Below, in pieces: positions 11,970 to 29,979 of a DNA stretch of 58,408 bases. Location: assembly GCA_000165425.1 (NCBI GenBank), contig CT868080.1, positions 1 to 58,408 on the forward strand. The letters run 5' to 3'. Origin of the DNA: Paramecium tetraurelia. Taxonomy: Eukaryota. Below the pieces are notes generated by a model. It saw nothing but the letters and a program-made list of their open reading frames with translations, did no database searches and had not been told where the DNA came from. How positions within the stretch are numbered: the stretch's first letter is position 1; each line of letters begins with the position of its first letter. The translations under genes and the position numbers were made by a program.

Positions 11970-12880
11970 ATGATAAGTAATACATTAATGAGAGAAGAGG
12001 GAACAATAGAATATTCAGGTGATATTGACAAGGAAACATCAGTTAAATATGATGAACCACATTATTCAGCAGATGATGAATAAGTAATATGTTTTAATAT
12101 AATGTCTAGTAATGTGAAGAATTCGAAAATGAAAATGAAGTTCCTGTTTACACTCCTTAATAATTGACTTCCTACAAGAAACCATGTCCAGTGTTTTAAG
12201 ATGAATTTATATTGGATGAAGAATCTAAAAAGAAGGTGTGCATTGAGGAATGTACTACAACAGAACAATCTGAGGATTATCCTGTATTAGGAGATCTAGA
12301 AATGCTGGCCGCTATGCTTTTAAAGGAGAATTAGAAAAAGTTCTCCTATCCTAAGGATTTGCCAGTACCAACAAATGTAGAGTAACATCTTGAAGAATTG
12401 AGAATGAGATTCACCCCATCTTAAAAATAAGAGGACTTCATTTCTACATACGTCAAGGGTGATGATTTGCTCAGAATCAAAGTAGGATTATGTGAGGAAA
12501 TACTGAATGATGAAGAAACATAGAAATTTGAGGTTTGGGTTGAGTAACTATGCACATCAACTAATCATGAATCCTTAAAAGAGATGGCAAGGAAATAGAA
12601 AGTGAAGAGATACTTAGAAAAAAAGCATAGTAGAACTTACGAAAAGAAAGTTCATTATCATATTAGACAAAAGGTTGCTGAAGAAAGACTCAGAGTTAAG
12701 GGTAGATTTGTAACATGGACATAAGTAATTTATATAATGATATATTACTAGGCATTGAAAATGTTAAATGAACAATAAGATTCTAATAAGTCATGGACTT
12801 ATAATGATTATTTTAAAATCAAAAATTTACTAAATGAAAAGTTTGGAGCCATCAAAAGTGAAAGATCCCTTTAATTTTGA
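11970..12880 (+). CDS. CCT-motif nuclear protein (in-frame upstream ATG at 11859 possible)
   Basis: RKQKVKRYLEKKHSRTYEKKVHYHIRQKVAEERLRVKGRFV matches the CCT motif; TGA 12878-12880. Confidence 0.85.
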
Positions 12881-12934
12881 TTTTTAATTCATAATCACTT
12901 GTTTTTTATAATAAATAATTAATTTATCTATTCA

Positions 12935-13361
12935 TCATAATTCAATATGTTCATTCTCTTAGTCAAGTTCATTATTATTCCAATTGCTATTTTAATGCAT
13001 GTCAACCATCTCCTCATCATATTTTATTTATTCCTTCTCTATCTTGGAATTATTATTATTTTATTGTGGAATCGTGTTTTAGAAATTTAAAGTAGGTTTC
13101 AATTTTTCAAATGGATTCTCTTGCTCTATTAAATGCTATAATAATTTGCATTCTTACATGATCAGTATCTTGATCTTCCAAATCCCCATAATCTTATTGT
13201 AATGATTATTTTTTCATTTGCTACTCATCCTTATTTGCTTGTTAATATTAAGTAGAAATCTATCCTGATTGTTCAATAGGATCTTGTTGTAAAAATTAAA
13301 AGCATTGTCTTGCAGATTATTAACAAAATTCATAAAGCAATGCTAATTTTCTTAATAACAT
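12935..13361 (-). CDS. Hypothetical protein (~134 aa, one 22-nt intron)
   Basis: ATG 13361; intron gtaagaatgcaaattattatag restores the frame to TGA 12935-12937. Confidence 0.55.
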
Positions 13362-13410
13362 TTAAAATTAAATTTATAAAACAATAAATATATATACATT
13401 ATCAAAATTA

Positions 13411-15309
13411 TCAATAAAGTTAAACACTTTAATTTTATTATCTAACAAACTTATAAACCTACAATTAGACATCCTCTTTATTCTTTTGTTTTTTTAAATA
13501 ATTTAGGTAGTTTCAAACTCTAAATCAAACATACTCTTGAATCTATATTTTAACTTGGAGTTTTCAAATTTTGAGTTTATTATTAATGCTATAATTATTA
13601 TTATAGTATCTTTGCTTTTCTACTTTATTGAATCTCAATAAGTGGACATTCAAAAGTAAGTTCTTGTTTCTTCTCTTTTGAATGTGATGAAATAAATTCA
13701 TAGTAACTTTAAATATTAGAAGGTTGATGTTAGATCTTACCTAAAATCTCCTAAACAACTTTTTGAGGCTTCCTTTCAGTATTTTTTTGTGAATGATTCA
13801 TTTTATGAGATGATTAACGATTCTATTAGGTTAAATTAACTTATGCAAATTTATCATCTTCATCCTATGTTTTAATCAAATAGCTAGGTGATTAAGTTAA
13901 GAAATCAAATCCACTTGAATGGTGATTTGAATTACCTAAGAATATTTCCTTAGATATTCTCTTGTTTTCATCTAACTTTTCAATCATTTTGTTCAACTCT
14001 GACAAGGTTGATCCATTGCAACAGTATAATTTAAACCTCTTAATTTAATATTAAATAAATACATCTGCTGGCAAGAATAGCATTTTGGATTTTTCTGTTA
14101 AACACACAGCTTTTGATTATCGAAATTCTTAATTAGAGACTATTTCTAAGTATCCGAATAATTATCCATATCCACACCTATTTAATTTTATTTGAATGTT
14201 CTTTTGGCCTTGAATAGAATGAAAGAAATTACTATATGATCTTTGCAATCTTCGACCGAATGGTTAATCAAAGTGATTATCATTTTTGGCATTCTAAGTT
14301 ATTTCGATCTAACCTTCTAACACAAAATAGACTCCCCTTTTGCATAATACAAATTATAATACTTGACTATTTCTCCTTCCTTAAATATCAGTGTGTCGTA
14401 ACAATATTCCAAAGGCTGAAGATGATATTACATTTAACTTAATTCTGCATCATTCCATGCCTTGAATATCTGAATTGATTTGAGAAACTCAAAATTCTTC
14501 TATTGAATTCGATTGTAATATTCAGCTATAATTCTATAATTGATTATTCTATACATAGAAATTTATTAAAGGCTTCCCTTGATAAAGTGATGAATTGGGA
14601 ATTCTCCTTGCAAACGATGGTAGCTTGTCTTGGGATAAAGTTAGTAAGAGCTATTTCACCAAAACTGCCTCCTGCAGCTATTTAACCAACTTTCATTAAA
14701 TTTGGATATTTTTAAACAAGCATACTTTCATCATCCAATTCGATGAATTCATTTTCATCCTAAATTGAACTTCAATTATATATTTACTTAAAAGGTTCCT
14801 TCATCTATATCGATTTTATCTTTATTGTTCTCATCCTTTTTTGAGAATGTACCACTTTATAAACCGGATCTGGCAACCAACACCTAAAATGATGAAGGTT
14901 TGAAATACCCAGACTGAACCGCTCAAAATTATATAGAAGTTCTTTCCTATATCTCCCAAACGAAATAAAGTTCTTCTGGCAGGTACTTCTATATATTGCA
15001 ATTCCTTCATGAAGTAATACTTATACTCTAAATAAATTAAGCATTTCATCCTAACTGGTGGTCTTGCTCATCTCTTAAAAATATTTAATTGATGAGAAGG
15101 CCATTGCTAACAATTATAAATCGTTTGCATTTCTCAACTTTTTGGGTTTCTCCAAAACTCCAACAATTACCTTATTATTGATATTATAATACTTCAAAAT
15201 GCTCTTTGTCTTGTAAATCTACATATTCTTTTGCAAGTATCTCTTTAACTTAATGTTAAAGATGAAGTTACTATTTTATTTTTTCTATGTTTGATAATTA
15301 ATGAGTCAT
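13411..15309 (-). CDS. Cyclic-nucleotide-binding domain protein (tandem CNBDs)
   Basis: LFRLGDIGKNFYIILSGSVWV, GGSFGEIAL..PRQATIVC, second CNBD with FGYLEI; tiny introns; TGA 13411-13413. Confidence 0.8.
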
Positions 15310-15564
15310 GTTTTTTTTTAATTTATTATAATCTTCTTAATATTATAATAAAATTATTGTCTGCTAAAAACCCTATTTTTTCAATAGTAGCACTCAATGG
15401 TATTCATTTAGCACTGCTTTGATAGTATGTAAGATTAATACTGGGTGTAATATTTTTATATAAACATTATTAATAGAATATAATCTCCTTTTCGAATTCA
15501 TTACTTTTTACTTTTTCATAGAATTTATGCTGTGAATATAAATAAATATATATATAAATTCAAA

Positions 15565-16156
15565 ATGATTTAATAGCATAATCAAACATTCAAATACCCA
15601 TCAATTAACTATTGCAATCCCAATTCCTCATTTAGAAGATATGTAAAAGATGAAACATACACTGAATGTATTATAGAACTCAAAGTTGAAGATAATTAGC
15701 GCTCATCTATATCAACTGAAGGCTCATATGATTATTATTCACAATCTTTAAAAATTAATAAAAAGGCAAAAATCCAGAAAAACAAAGATAAACAATTACC
15801 ACAAAAGTCAGAAACAAAAAACATACCCAAAAATTTCGGAGTATTGTTGAAAAAATATTTATGTACTCAATAAACTTATTTTATTAGGTAGTAAAAATGT
15901 AGATAATTAGGCAATCAAAGCATTCTTAAAGAATGGAGAACACAAAAAGAATTTCTCTAGACAGGATTTCACTAGACTTTTCAATGATTCTATTGCAGCA
16001 GACATATCCAGAGAGTATTTCTCCGGATTTTAAATAATACATGATCTTATGATAAGTGAAAAAATATAGGATGTCAAAAATCATCTCAAATATATAAGTA
16101 AATTTTACAATTCCACATATAATAAATAAGAGCTTGATGAACTCAAGTTATAATGA
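15565..16156 (+). CDS. Ciliate-type hypothetical protein with ETKNIPKNFG motif
   Basis: ATG 15565; 25-nt intron gtactcaataaacttattttattag; TGA 16154-16156. Confidence 0.7.
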
Positions 16157-16614
16157 ATTTATTTAAATTTTTGTTAGTTTATTAAATATCAAAAATTCTA
16201 TTTTTACTTAAATATAATTAATATTCCTATTATAATAAATAATAATCTACACCCCTCGACAATGCCAAACAATTCCTAATATTAAAAATTCCAACATTCA
16301 TAATATTATATAATGAACTAACAGATTTATAATTTTTTAGAATTTAAACAGTTACTAATATTCCAGATATTTAATTAAATTAATTAGTGTTATTGATAAT
16401 AATTATAATTAGCAATTTTACAAATTCTACTCACAAGATTTTGCTGTAAATCAAAATATATTCCTTTGTTATATTATATATAATAGATATTTCTATAAAT
16501 TGAGTTTATCGTAGATAAAAGTAGTAAGCCAATGACAGCTTTGTTTTCGTGTAAAAATTCAGTTTATTTTATAATATAAGAAATTGGTTTCAATAATTTA
16601 ATAAACACAAAATG

Positions 16615-18179
16615 TCACAATTCAATTTATTTCTCTTCTTCAATATTACTATAACCTCTCTTATAAGAAGTGTCTATCGTGACTTCAGGAACATTAGCAT
16701 CTTACTTTATTAAATCTATTTAGGTTTTAATCAAATTTACTAGTAAATAAACGAATAGTCTAGACTCCAAAAAGCATGGCAACAATACAAATGAAGTAAT
16801 AGATAATCTCTCCAAATAAGGTTTTTTCTTATTTTTAAATGGTCTTAGCACAAAATTTATTAAATGAAAATGATGCCTATTTATGAGAATCATCTAGATA
16901 ATTAAAAATGATATCCACATAAACAGTTGAATTACCTTATTGTTAACAGTCAAAATATAGCAATATCTATTTTCTGTCATTTACATTACTCATTTGTAAT
17001 TTTTTTTGATGTTTTATTTTTAGAATCTCCTCATCCTTCACTCTAGTTATTATATCAATATCAATTTTCTAGCCGTTTGGAAAGAGTCTCTATTAAATTG
17101 TTTGTGTATCTTTTGTTTTAAAATAAATAAACATTTAGAAAGCATTAGTACTTTCAGCTATTGATTTGGTAGAGTAATTGTAGTCATTTTGGGATACTCC
17201 TGCTCTGAACAACTCATTTGTATTTTTTTTTGTTCCGATATAGATTGGGAATTCTTAATTATTTTCTAGATCCTTGTCTTACTTATCGCATAATTTATAG
17301 AAGTAAATCAAAAATGGTTCTTCAAACTTCAAAGTTTTGATTTTTAAATGGAATAATACTATTATTTTTATAAATTGATTACTTTTTTCATTAGAAATGT
17401 TATTACATGTAATTTCAGGTTGGATAACCAATTTCTTACTGTTACTAACATAAGCTAAAGGAGGATCAAGATAATATTTCTTGATCAAGTCTTTGGCACT
17501 TTTAGTATTATTATTATCAATATTTAATTAAACATCCTATATATAGATGGTTTCTAGATATTGAGTTGAGTATATTTACAGTTAATCGGAGGTATGAATT
17601 CAAAAACAGTAGAAATATTTTATAGTAATTAAGGTTTACTATTATCCCATTAAATTGAAATATTTTCATTATTTAAGTCTTTTAAGTAGACGGAATACTT
17701 AGAATGATCAAAGTATGATTCATTACATTGTTTTGTGAATGGTATAGTTAAAGTTTGATTGGTACTATTAATTATCTCCACTTTTAATGTAAATTAGAGT
17801 GCAATATCTTGGTGACATTTGAAGATAATGTTGATTTTTTATGTTGTCAAATTGTTTATTTAGGATGGATGAAATTCAAAAAAGGATTCATTTTTGGAAA
17901 CTGATTCTGTCAATTCAAGTTTAAGATTTATTGGCTATTTAGGTTGTAAGTTTTGAAACTATTAAGTAGAAATGATGAATACTTCTAATTGTAGAAACTC
18001 TTTCTATTCATCGACTAAGGTTTCTTCTTTCCAATACACTTTTCCATTTTTGACTACCTTAATGATTAGTTATTAAATGTTACATGTATATCCTTGCAAT
18101 CTTGTTTACATGAAACATCTAAATTCTCTAATAAGGACTAACATTTTGCAAGTGACACTAAGAATAACAATGGCAGCAT
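16615..18179 (-). CDS. Type-I membrane protein (signal peptide, large ectodomain, C-terminal TM helix)
   Basis: MLPLLFLVSLAKC signal; TM IIYYFICIVAMLFGV; short cytoplasmic tail ending EEEKQIEL; TGA 16615-16617. Confidence 0.7.
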
Positions 18180-18355
18180 TTATTATAGCATATAATTATT
18201 AATAACCTAAATAGTATGAATATTAAATTGATATAAAATCATTATTGAATTAAATTACATAAACTTTCACACTAAAACCATCTTACAAATTTGATTTCTC
18301 ATTTTATATCATTTAATCTTTATAATTCCTAGGAATATAATTATATACTGTATTA

Positions 18356-20044
18356 ATGAAACAAAATAAGGCGAATAAAATAGATTTTGAACTTTTGTAG
18401 AAAATTTAAATCAATGAATCAAATGTTAATTTATCATGGGTGTTAAAATTTCCTAATAGTCATTAACTGCAATCCTCAATTTTGTAAATGGCTTTCATAG
18501 ACCTTAATATAGAAATATAAAAGTATGATATATAGGGAGCTTGTCATATTATCATTAATAATCAAATTGAATTTCCTTATTTGCAAATAGCAGAAGGAAT
18601 GCTTATATTTCAGAAATAAAGATGTTTGTTTTTATGCGATTGTATTGTTGAAAAACAAAAATTTCTCTGTCATTAAAGCTAACTATTTTTAATTAAAATC
18701 ACAAATAACTAAGGTCACCTCATACTTGTATTTGCTCATCCCGTATCATAAAGAGAATGGTTTAAGATACTAAAATTATCAGCTAAATAAAATAACTTTC
18801 TTTAAAAATATCGAATTCAATAAGTGATAATGACAAATATTTTTTCAGTTCTTCAAAGAAGGAAGAATAAAAAATTTGTTGCGTAAATCATTAAGAAAAG
18901 AGATATTCATGATTAAGATTAATATGAAATCATCAACAATTATATTAAAATTCTTAGAAGTGGAAAAATTATTAATTACTACCCAGTTTTAAGTATTTTT
19001 GAAGATAACGAAAGCATCTCAATCATTACTTATTAATTTGTTGGAACAACATTCGAAACCTTGTTACTAAGTGCATAAACAATTATTCCTCAATCTGATT
19101 TAGCATTTATTATCTTCTCTGTACTGTAGTCTTTAAGAAGTCTATAAGAAGAAGAACTATTTCACGGTTATGTTTGCTTAGAGAATATAATAATGGCTAA
19201 TGTATTGGGATCTTTGTAAGTTTACTTGATTAACTCAAACTATAAGGTAAAATATAATGAAACTATTTTATAGCCTTATAATGAAAATAATTTAGATTTT
19301 TATTTAAACTTTATTCCTAAATATTTGATAGCTCCAGAAATTCTATCATAATCACATGTACCTTCTGTGAAATCAGATATTTATTAATTAGGAATAATTT
19401 TTCTATTAGTGAGCTTTTACTCTAAAGGATAAACCTTTAATCGATAATATATTTCAAAAATGTACTAAAGTAGAAAAGAACTTATCAAATAACAAGAAAT
19501 CAACTTCTAAAAATGCCAAGATTCAGATTTCCCCAACCTTTTTAGCGCTTGTTAATTGGACTTGATTAAAAAAATGACCGATAATGATCCTGATAAAAGG
19601 ATTTCTGTTAATGATGCTCTCAAACATGCTTGGTTTATTAATACAAGGGACAAACTAAAATCATAAAGGATCCAATCTATGAATAAGAATTTGCCAAGTT
19701 TGAAGACAATCATAGAAATGGTTGAATAAAGTGAACAAGATATTAGAAGAAAATCATTTTAGGTCAATGTTTAGGTGAAAAAAAATAAATTAGAATGTGC
19801 CACATCCATTTAGCAATTTGAACATAGTCCATTCCACTAGTAATAAGATGCCAATTCTTTGCTTAAATCTTAAGAAAGTCAAAATGAAATTATAGATGAA
19901 GAACACGAAATAAGTAACTTGATATATCATCTTAACAATAAACAATATCATATGATGCCTTCCTTATTAGGACATATTATTTAGGATAAAAATTAGTACA
20001 GACTTAAATAGGCAAAAAATCATTTATCATAATTCTAAGATTGA
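18356..20044 (+). CDS. Pseudokinase with PH-like N-terminal region
   Basis: C-lobe motifs APEIL, KSDIYQLG, DPDKRISVNDALKHAWF retained; VAIK replaced by FVAQI, HRD by LFHGY, DFG by INSN; TGA 20042-20044. Confidence 0.75.
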
Positions 20045-20248
20045 TTAAATTATATATATTTTCTTTATCCAATTACAATTATTATAATACTATTTTAAAA
20101 ATAAATAATCAAATGAGGAATTGATAATTCATTAAATTTATAAAATTATATATTATAATAAGGGGGTGTTTCTCGAAGTCTTTATTATATACAAGTTATT
20201 GTGCCAACATACAAGAGCGCTTTATATTAATATTTATATCATTTTGAG

Positions 20249-21036
20249 ATGCAGAGAATGCCCTAGGGATCATTTAATTCCCCTTCTTCCTCTCACATCT
20301 CAAATGAAGACCTAAAATAAAGTGACACATTAGAAACATTTAGTAACTCGGTGCTCAACAATGATATAGAATGTAATTCAACTCCGAAAGTAATCATTTG
20401 GCTTAGAAATAGGCTAAAAAATATTCAAGTGTTTCTATCAAAAAGAAAATCAATAAAGAATTAGAATTAAATAATAAACATAATAGTGGTCATTGGACGC
20501 CTGAGGAACATTAGACATATGTGGAATTTCTTGAAAAACATCATGATACAACTATGTAAAATCAATAAAATAGAAAAAATAACAAAATCTTTAAATTAAT
20601 GTCTGAAATCATTGGAACTCGTTCCCCTTCTTAATGCAGGTACAATCATGTAGATTATTAATCAATAGATCTCATCATTAAAAATTTAACCCTTATACAC
20701 CAGCTGGACAGAGAAGATTAAAGAAAAACAAAAAAAAATGGAGTATCAAATATTAAATTATATAATACTAGCTACTGAAACCCAAATTTAATTGAACGAT
20801 ACCAACTAATTTATACAGTATTTTACTCCAGAACTAAGACCTAATCAAGGTTTTATTAATAATTGACCTTAGAACCTCTTCCCATCATTTAAGATCAAGA
20901 TGAATAATAAGATTATCTTTGTGAAGAATCCTAAAGACTCAGAATTCGTAGATATTCACTTGATAATCTTGATGAAAGCTACCATTTCAATAATCCTCAT
21001 AACACCTAATTGTTTAATGAGTTCTGTTATGATTGA
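20249..21036 (+). CDS. Single-repeat Myb/SANT DNA-binding protein (SHAQKYF-like)
   Basis: GHWTPEEHQTYVEFL...IFKLMSEIIGTRSPSQCRSHHQKFNP; tiny introns; TGA 21034-21036. Confidence 0.85.
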
Positions 21037-21101
21037 TAATAACAATCGATTTATTTATTGTAATACAAAATAAATAATATTTAATAAAGAATTAAAATTA
21101 A

Positions 21102-21392
21102 ATGGATATCAATACAAATTTCTAAAAAGAAAAGCACTAAAATAGGATAGAATAATAAGCTAATATTCGATAACACTTTAGAAAGCTAGCTTTAAAAAAT
21201 TACAATAAATAAGGCAGACTTGGTATTAACAGAGATCCTAAACTGTGTGAGTTTAATTTCGAGTTGTTAAAGCCCTTTTATATTTAATTGAAAGATCCAT
21301 TTACAGGACACTGGATGAAGTAAATACCAAAAAACTATATTAAAGAAAAGAAATTACAAAAATAAGAATAGGATCTACATTAATTGTTATGA
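21102..21392 (+). CDS. Small hypothetical protein (96 aa)
   Basis: Single code-6 ORF MDINTNFQKEKHQ...KDPFTGHWMKQIPKNY...QDLHQLL filling the gap between two genes. Confidence 0.45.
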
Positions 21393-21465
21393 TTTAACTA
21401 ATATCATCATATAAAATAAGTTTTGATTTTTCTAATTTATCTTTATTTATTGTTTCATACAAATT

Positions 21466-23365
21466 ATGGCAGAGCATAAATTAATTGATGGATATGTTGT
21501 GACCAATAAATTACTAGGAACAGTAAATCTATCATTTTTTACATTAAGGGAGCATTTGGATCAGTTTTTAGGGGTTATAAAGAAAGTGATCCTAAATTAA
21601 TTGTTGCTGTTAAGATGCTACCAATGACGGAAGGCACAAATAAAAAAATTTCATAAGAAACATCAGGAGAGAAATTGAAAATACTGTCAAAAATAAGAAG
21701 CCAATATATAGTACAGTAAATTCATTCCTAATTTAAAGGTTATTTCATGCAGCTAGAACTTAGAAGAATTACTATATTTTCTTAGAATATTGCAATGGAG
21801 GAGACCTTAAAGATATGATGAAATCAAAAGGAGGATACCTCTCCGAATAAGATGCTGTTACTTATTTCAAACAAATCATTTATGGGTTTAAAGCCATTTA
21901 TTAGGAAAATGTTATACATAGAGATATTAAACCGGCCAACATTTTATTACATAATGGTATCAAATAAGCTGAAAATAGGTATCGCTAAAATTAGCGATTT
22001 TGGATTTGCAAGAGTTGTGGAAGATATGGAAGGCTAAGAGAAATTCACTTTGCTTGGTACTCCTCTTTATATGTCTCCTTAAATTTTGGAGTAAGGAAAA
22101 TTTAACTCTAAATGTGATATTTGGTCTGTTGGAATTATGTTTTATGAAATGCTTTATGGGCACCCTCCTTGGACAGCCACAAGCTAACTAGCATTATTAG
22201 ATTAAATAAAAAAAAAACCACTGACTTTCCCAAATCAACCTAAACGACAACAAATAATTAAAGATCTCATTTCTAAAATGTTAGTCATTGATGAAGAACA
22301 AAGAATAAACTGGTATGATTTGTTTGAAAATGAATTAATTAAATGCAACAGTCAAGAACTTAAAAATAAACTCAATCTCATTATAGATAGTGTCTAAGAT
22401 ACTTTAGAACAATCAGTATAATTGAATAGATTTTATGTGGATAACAATCTTATCCTTGCTTAAGGAAAAAACCAAGAAACCTAAGTGTTGTTTGAAGTTA
22501 AAAACGATGATGATAGCATGAATATAGAATAAAAAGATAACTCCTAATAAAATTTGGACGATCTTAAAGGATTAACTTATAATGATATCATTGAAGCTTA
22601 AACTAAAAAGTTATAAGAGCAAATTACAATTAACAAAATTGATGCACATCTTTCTCTTATGAGAAACATTGGTATCTTTGTTAATTTAACAACTAATAAT
22701 GTATTCTAGCTATTTAAAGATTAATAATTAAATATATCTACTCATTTGTTTTATAGAATTATGTTCAACCTCTAAAAGTCACAAATGATAATATTTGATG
22801 ACTTAATTAATATTATGGCTAGTAAAGTAAGATAAACTTATTATTTTAGACACCAATTGGTAATGGGATTCACTGATTTAGATTGGAAGGCCTCTATAAG
22901 GAAAAATTTAATAGTATTTTACAACTTTAGGAAGGCATATTAAAAACAGATAAATTATTATCTGAAAGCATATTATGGAGGAAATAACTAAACGAACCAT
23001 ACAACTTTTTAACTAATTAAATACAATAAGAAAAAATAGATGGGTAAGATAAAATTGATGTAAAAGAATTCCTTTCAATCATGACTAATAATCAATAATC
23101 AGATTTAAACTTTAATAAAATTTACGAGAAAACTCTCAAGCTTTGTATCAAATAAATGTATGAGTATGTTTGCCAACACCAAAAATTAACCGAAAATCGA
23201 TTATATTTACAAACCTTAAAATATTTATAACTTTGTTTGAGCCCATTGGCATATTTCAGATAAAATAAAGAATTTTCGGATTTTAGCAAATTTTATGAAT
23301 ATTATGATAACATTGATATGGAAATGTTTTTGCAACAGATTCGTGAAAATTTTAAATTTTTTTGA
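21466..23365 (+). CDS. Ser/Thr protein kinase (ULK/ATG1-like catalytic domain) with helical C-terminal extension
   Basis: LGTGAFGSV (split by an intron), VAVK, EYCNGGDL, HRDIKPAN, ISDFGFAR, GTPLYMSPQ, CDIWSVG; TGA 23363-23365. Confidence 0.9.
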
Positions 23366-25595
23366 ATAGGTTATATAATTATAAATAATCAAAATTATTA
23401 ATTGTCTTTAGAATAGAGTATGAGTTCATTATTTATTTTATATTATTAAACTTTTGGAATAGTCTTCCTAAAAAGGAAATTTCATAAGTTAGAAACCCTT
23501 GATATCCCTATGTCACCTTATATCTAATCTCAACTATATATTAATAATTCACTAGATTAACGGTATTGATATTATTTAAATTAATGGGAAACAAAATTAT
23601 TTCATAGTAGTGATTATTAAAGACTATCATTATGTTTTTCATTAGATGTATAAGAATGATATTAGAAAATTAGGCATCAAATGCTATTAAAATAGAATAA
23701 ATAAATTATTAAGAATAATTATAATAGATTTAACTTGCATATATTTAGTTTTTAAGATAGTAGGTCATGATTAGATTCTAAACTCTTCTTTAAAAATTAC
23801 TAATGTAGTTTTCATATCGCTAACTTTTTAGTTTTAGGATCGAATTATTATTCACTTAATAAAATTTATCAAATTTATAAACATTTATATGGTATCTATT
23901 TATATTGTATATATTTGTTTTCAAATAAATTATAAAACTACTTTTGATAACATTTATTATTAATATCAAAATAACTGAATCAAATTTTTCAGCATCTATA
24001 ATATTTTTTAAACACTATTTTATATATTTTTTATCAAACAATTTTTAACCATGATTTATGATCAAATAATTAATTGATAGAATTTTATTTTATTAAACTT
24101 ACATGAACGAATCAAATAATTAAGTAGTTATTTTAAAGAATTTTTGAATATTTTAAAAGCAATGGTTTTAAAAAGAAACACTTAAATGATGAAAAAAATT
24201 GGGCATAAGCAGGAGAAAATTTTTTAAAAAAGAATACCATTATCCTAAATATCGAAGATCCTTAGGTCTCACATTTATTGCATAATTAAGTATAAATAGT
24301 AAAAAACTATTTCAAACTTATTAATAGACTTTTTTACGGATGAAAAAGTTTAGAACTATATATTTTAGTTAAGTATAAAAAGTTAATTTATATGCAAAAT
24401 TTCTTTTAAAGCATCAATTATCAAATTTGCCAGGGAAAATTGATGAATTTGTGGTTTTAAAACTACTTTAAATTACAATATTAAAGATCGATGTAATGGG
24501 TGGTTCACCAATTTATAATTCTCCCAAATTGATCAATTATCTTTATGTGTATCGTATTATTTATGATAGCGCTTGTCTCAACACAATTTATGATTAACAT
24601 TTTGACTTTAGAAATATTTGCATTACAATAAAGAAAATTAATCAAAAAGAAAAATAAAATTGAGAGATTATAAAATTAATTATATTTACCATTCACTGGA
24701 GCAGAACTAATTCACTTTATACCTCTCCATATTTAAAGGATATAAAAATTCACATTAATTCGTAATTTAAAATTTGTTAAGAATTAATTAAAATTCTTTT
24801 CTAGTCCTAAGAAATTTGAATATATTGATCAATCAATTATGTAGTCAATTTCTTCATTAATTGTTAAATTCGTAGTTAAATTCATATTTTCCTAATTAAA
24901 CCAAGTGGAAGAGTTAGAAGCCGCTTCTATAATAGATTATTGTGTTCAACCAAATGATGAATTGCGTAGTTGAATAATACAATTTTCAAAACAATTATAG
25001 CAATAATCAATCAATGTTAGGAAAAGAAAATCTTCTATATAATCAATATACAAGGTTGATAAAAGAAATATAAGATACATATTTTATTAATTTATAAATT
25101 AATTGAAGAGAATGAGTAATGTAATACAAAATCGGTGAAACGATTAATACAATATATATTATCAAGTAAATATGATTATCTTATTATTAATGAATTAAAT
25201 TAGTATTAATATATAAATATTTATATTTTAATCAAAATTATATAATAAAACTAGCATACACTAGATTCTTACTCAGCAAATTAAAAGCTTAAATATACAG
25301 GATTTAAAATACGATGAACCAAATCTTATATACTAAATCAATATATATACAGTTTATAATATAAATTGAAATTCTAAATCATTTTTCAATATATTTTTCT
25401 CGAAAACATTAATTCTATTACTAACACTGGAAGAACGAAATAACTAATTTTATTATTGTAATCTTTGAATTTTAACAATTTTGATAAACATATCTAAAAG
25501 AATTTAAATTTGGATTAATGATTATTAATAAATAATATTTCTTTGTTAAAATGCTTGTTAGAAATTAAATTATTTGATAATTTAAATTATTTATT

Positions 25596-29240
<3,645 letters not shown>

Positions 29241-29979
29241 TGATGAAATTTATTTATAATAGAATTACGCTTATTTTTAGAATGTATAATTACCAAAATT
29301 TATTCTAATATTTTCAATCTTTTAATCAATTAAACTTTAAGGTCTTCTAATCACGATGTGAATTTGAAGAATGGATATGAATCTTTATTAGCAAAAGGAA
29401 CTATTTTACAATAATATAAAATAAAATAATGGCTGCAAAATAATAGATTATTGAATAAGATACCTATATTAAAGAGACTTATTAGAAGGTTTTTAAAACT
29501 ATTCAAAAACTGTTTAAAAATGATCAAAAAGAATTATTTTTAAATAGTTAAATACAATGACATATAAATTTTCAGTCTATTAAATCGTTTTCATGAATTA
29601 ATACAACTTTGATGACCGTAAATAAACAGTTAATTAGGATGTGAGTTCTGATCTCTAATATATAGTTAGCTTTTTGGAGCATAATAGCTGATTAAGCCAA
29701 TTGATGATGTCGGTACCTAAGATATTTTATCACTAAAGATTTGAATGTTAGATGTTTCTATGGGTTGAATAACTTATAATATAGTAGAAGTATCTTTAAA
29801 ATAAGAAATAATAATAAAAGGAATCGAAATGTAATTGAAAAAAAAAATATGAAAATCATTTCAGCAGGCAATAACATTAATTTGCACTGATTATCTAATT
29901 TTTATTATCACAATTAACACTTTTGTAACAATATTATTGTACATATTATTGAATTATAATAAAAATATATATTTCTATA

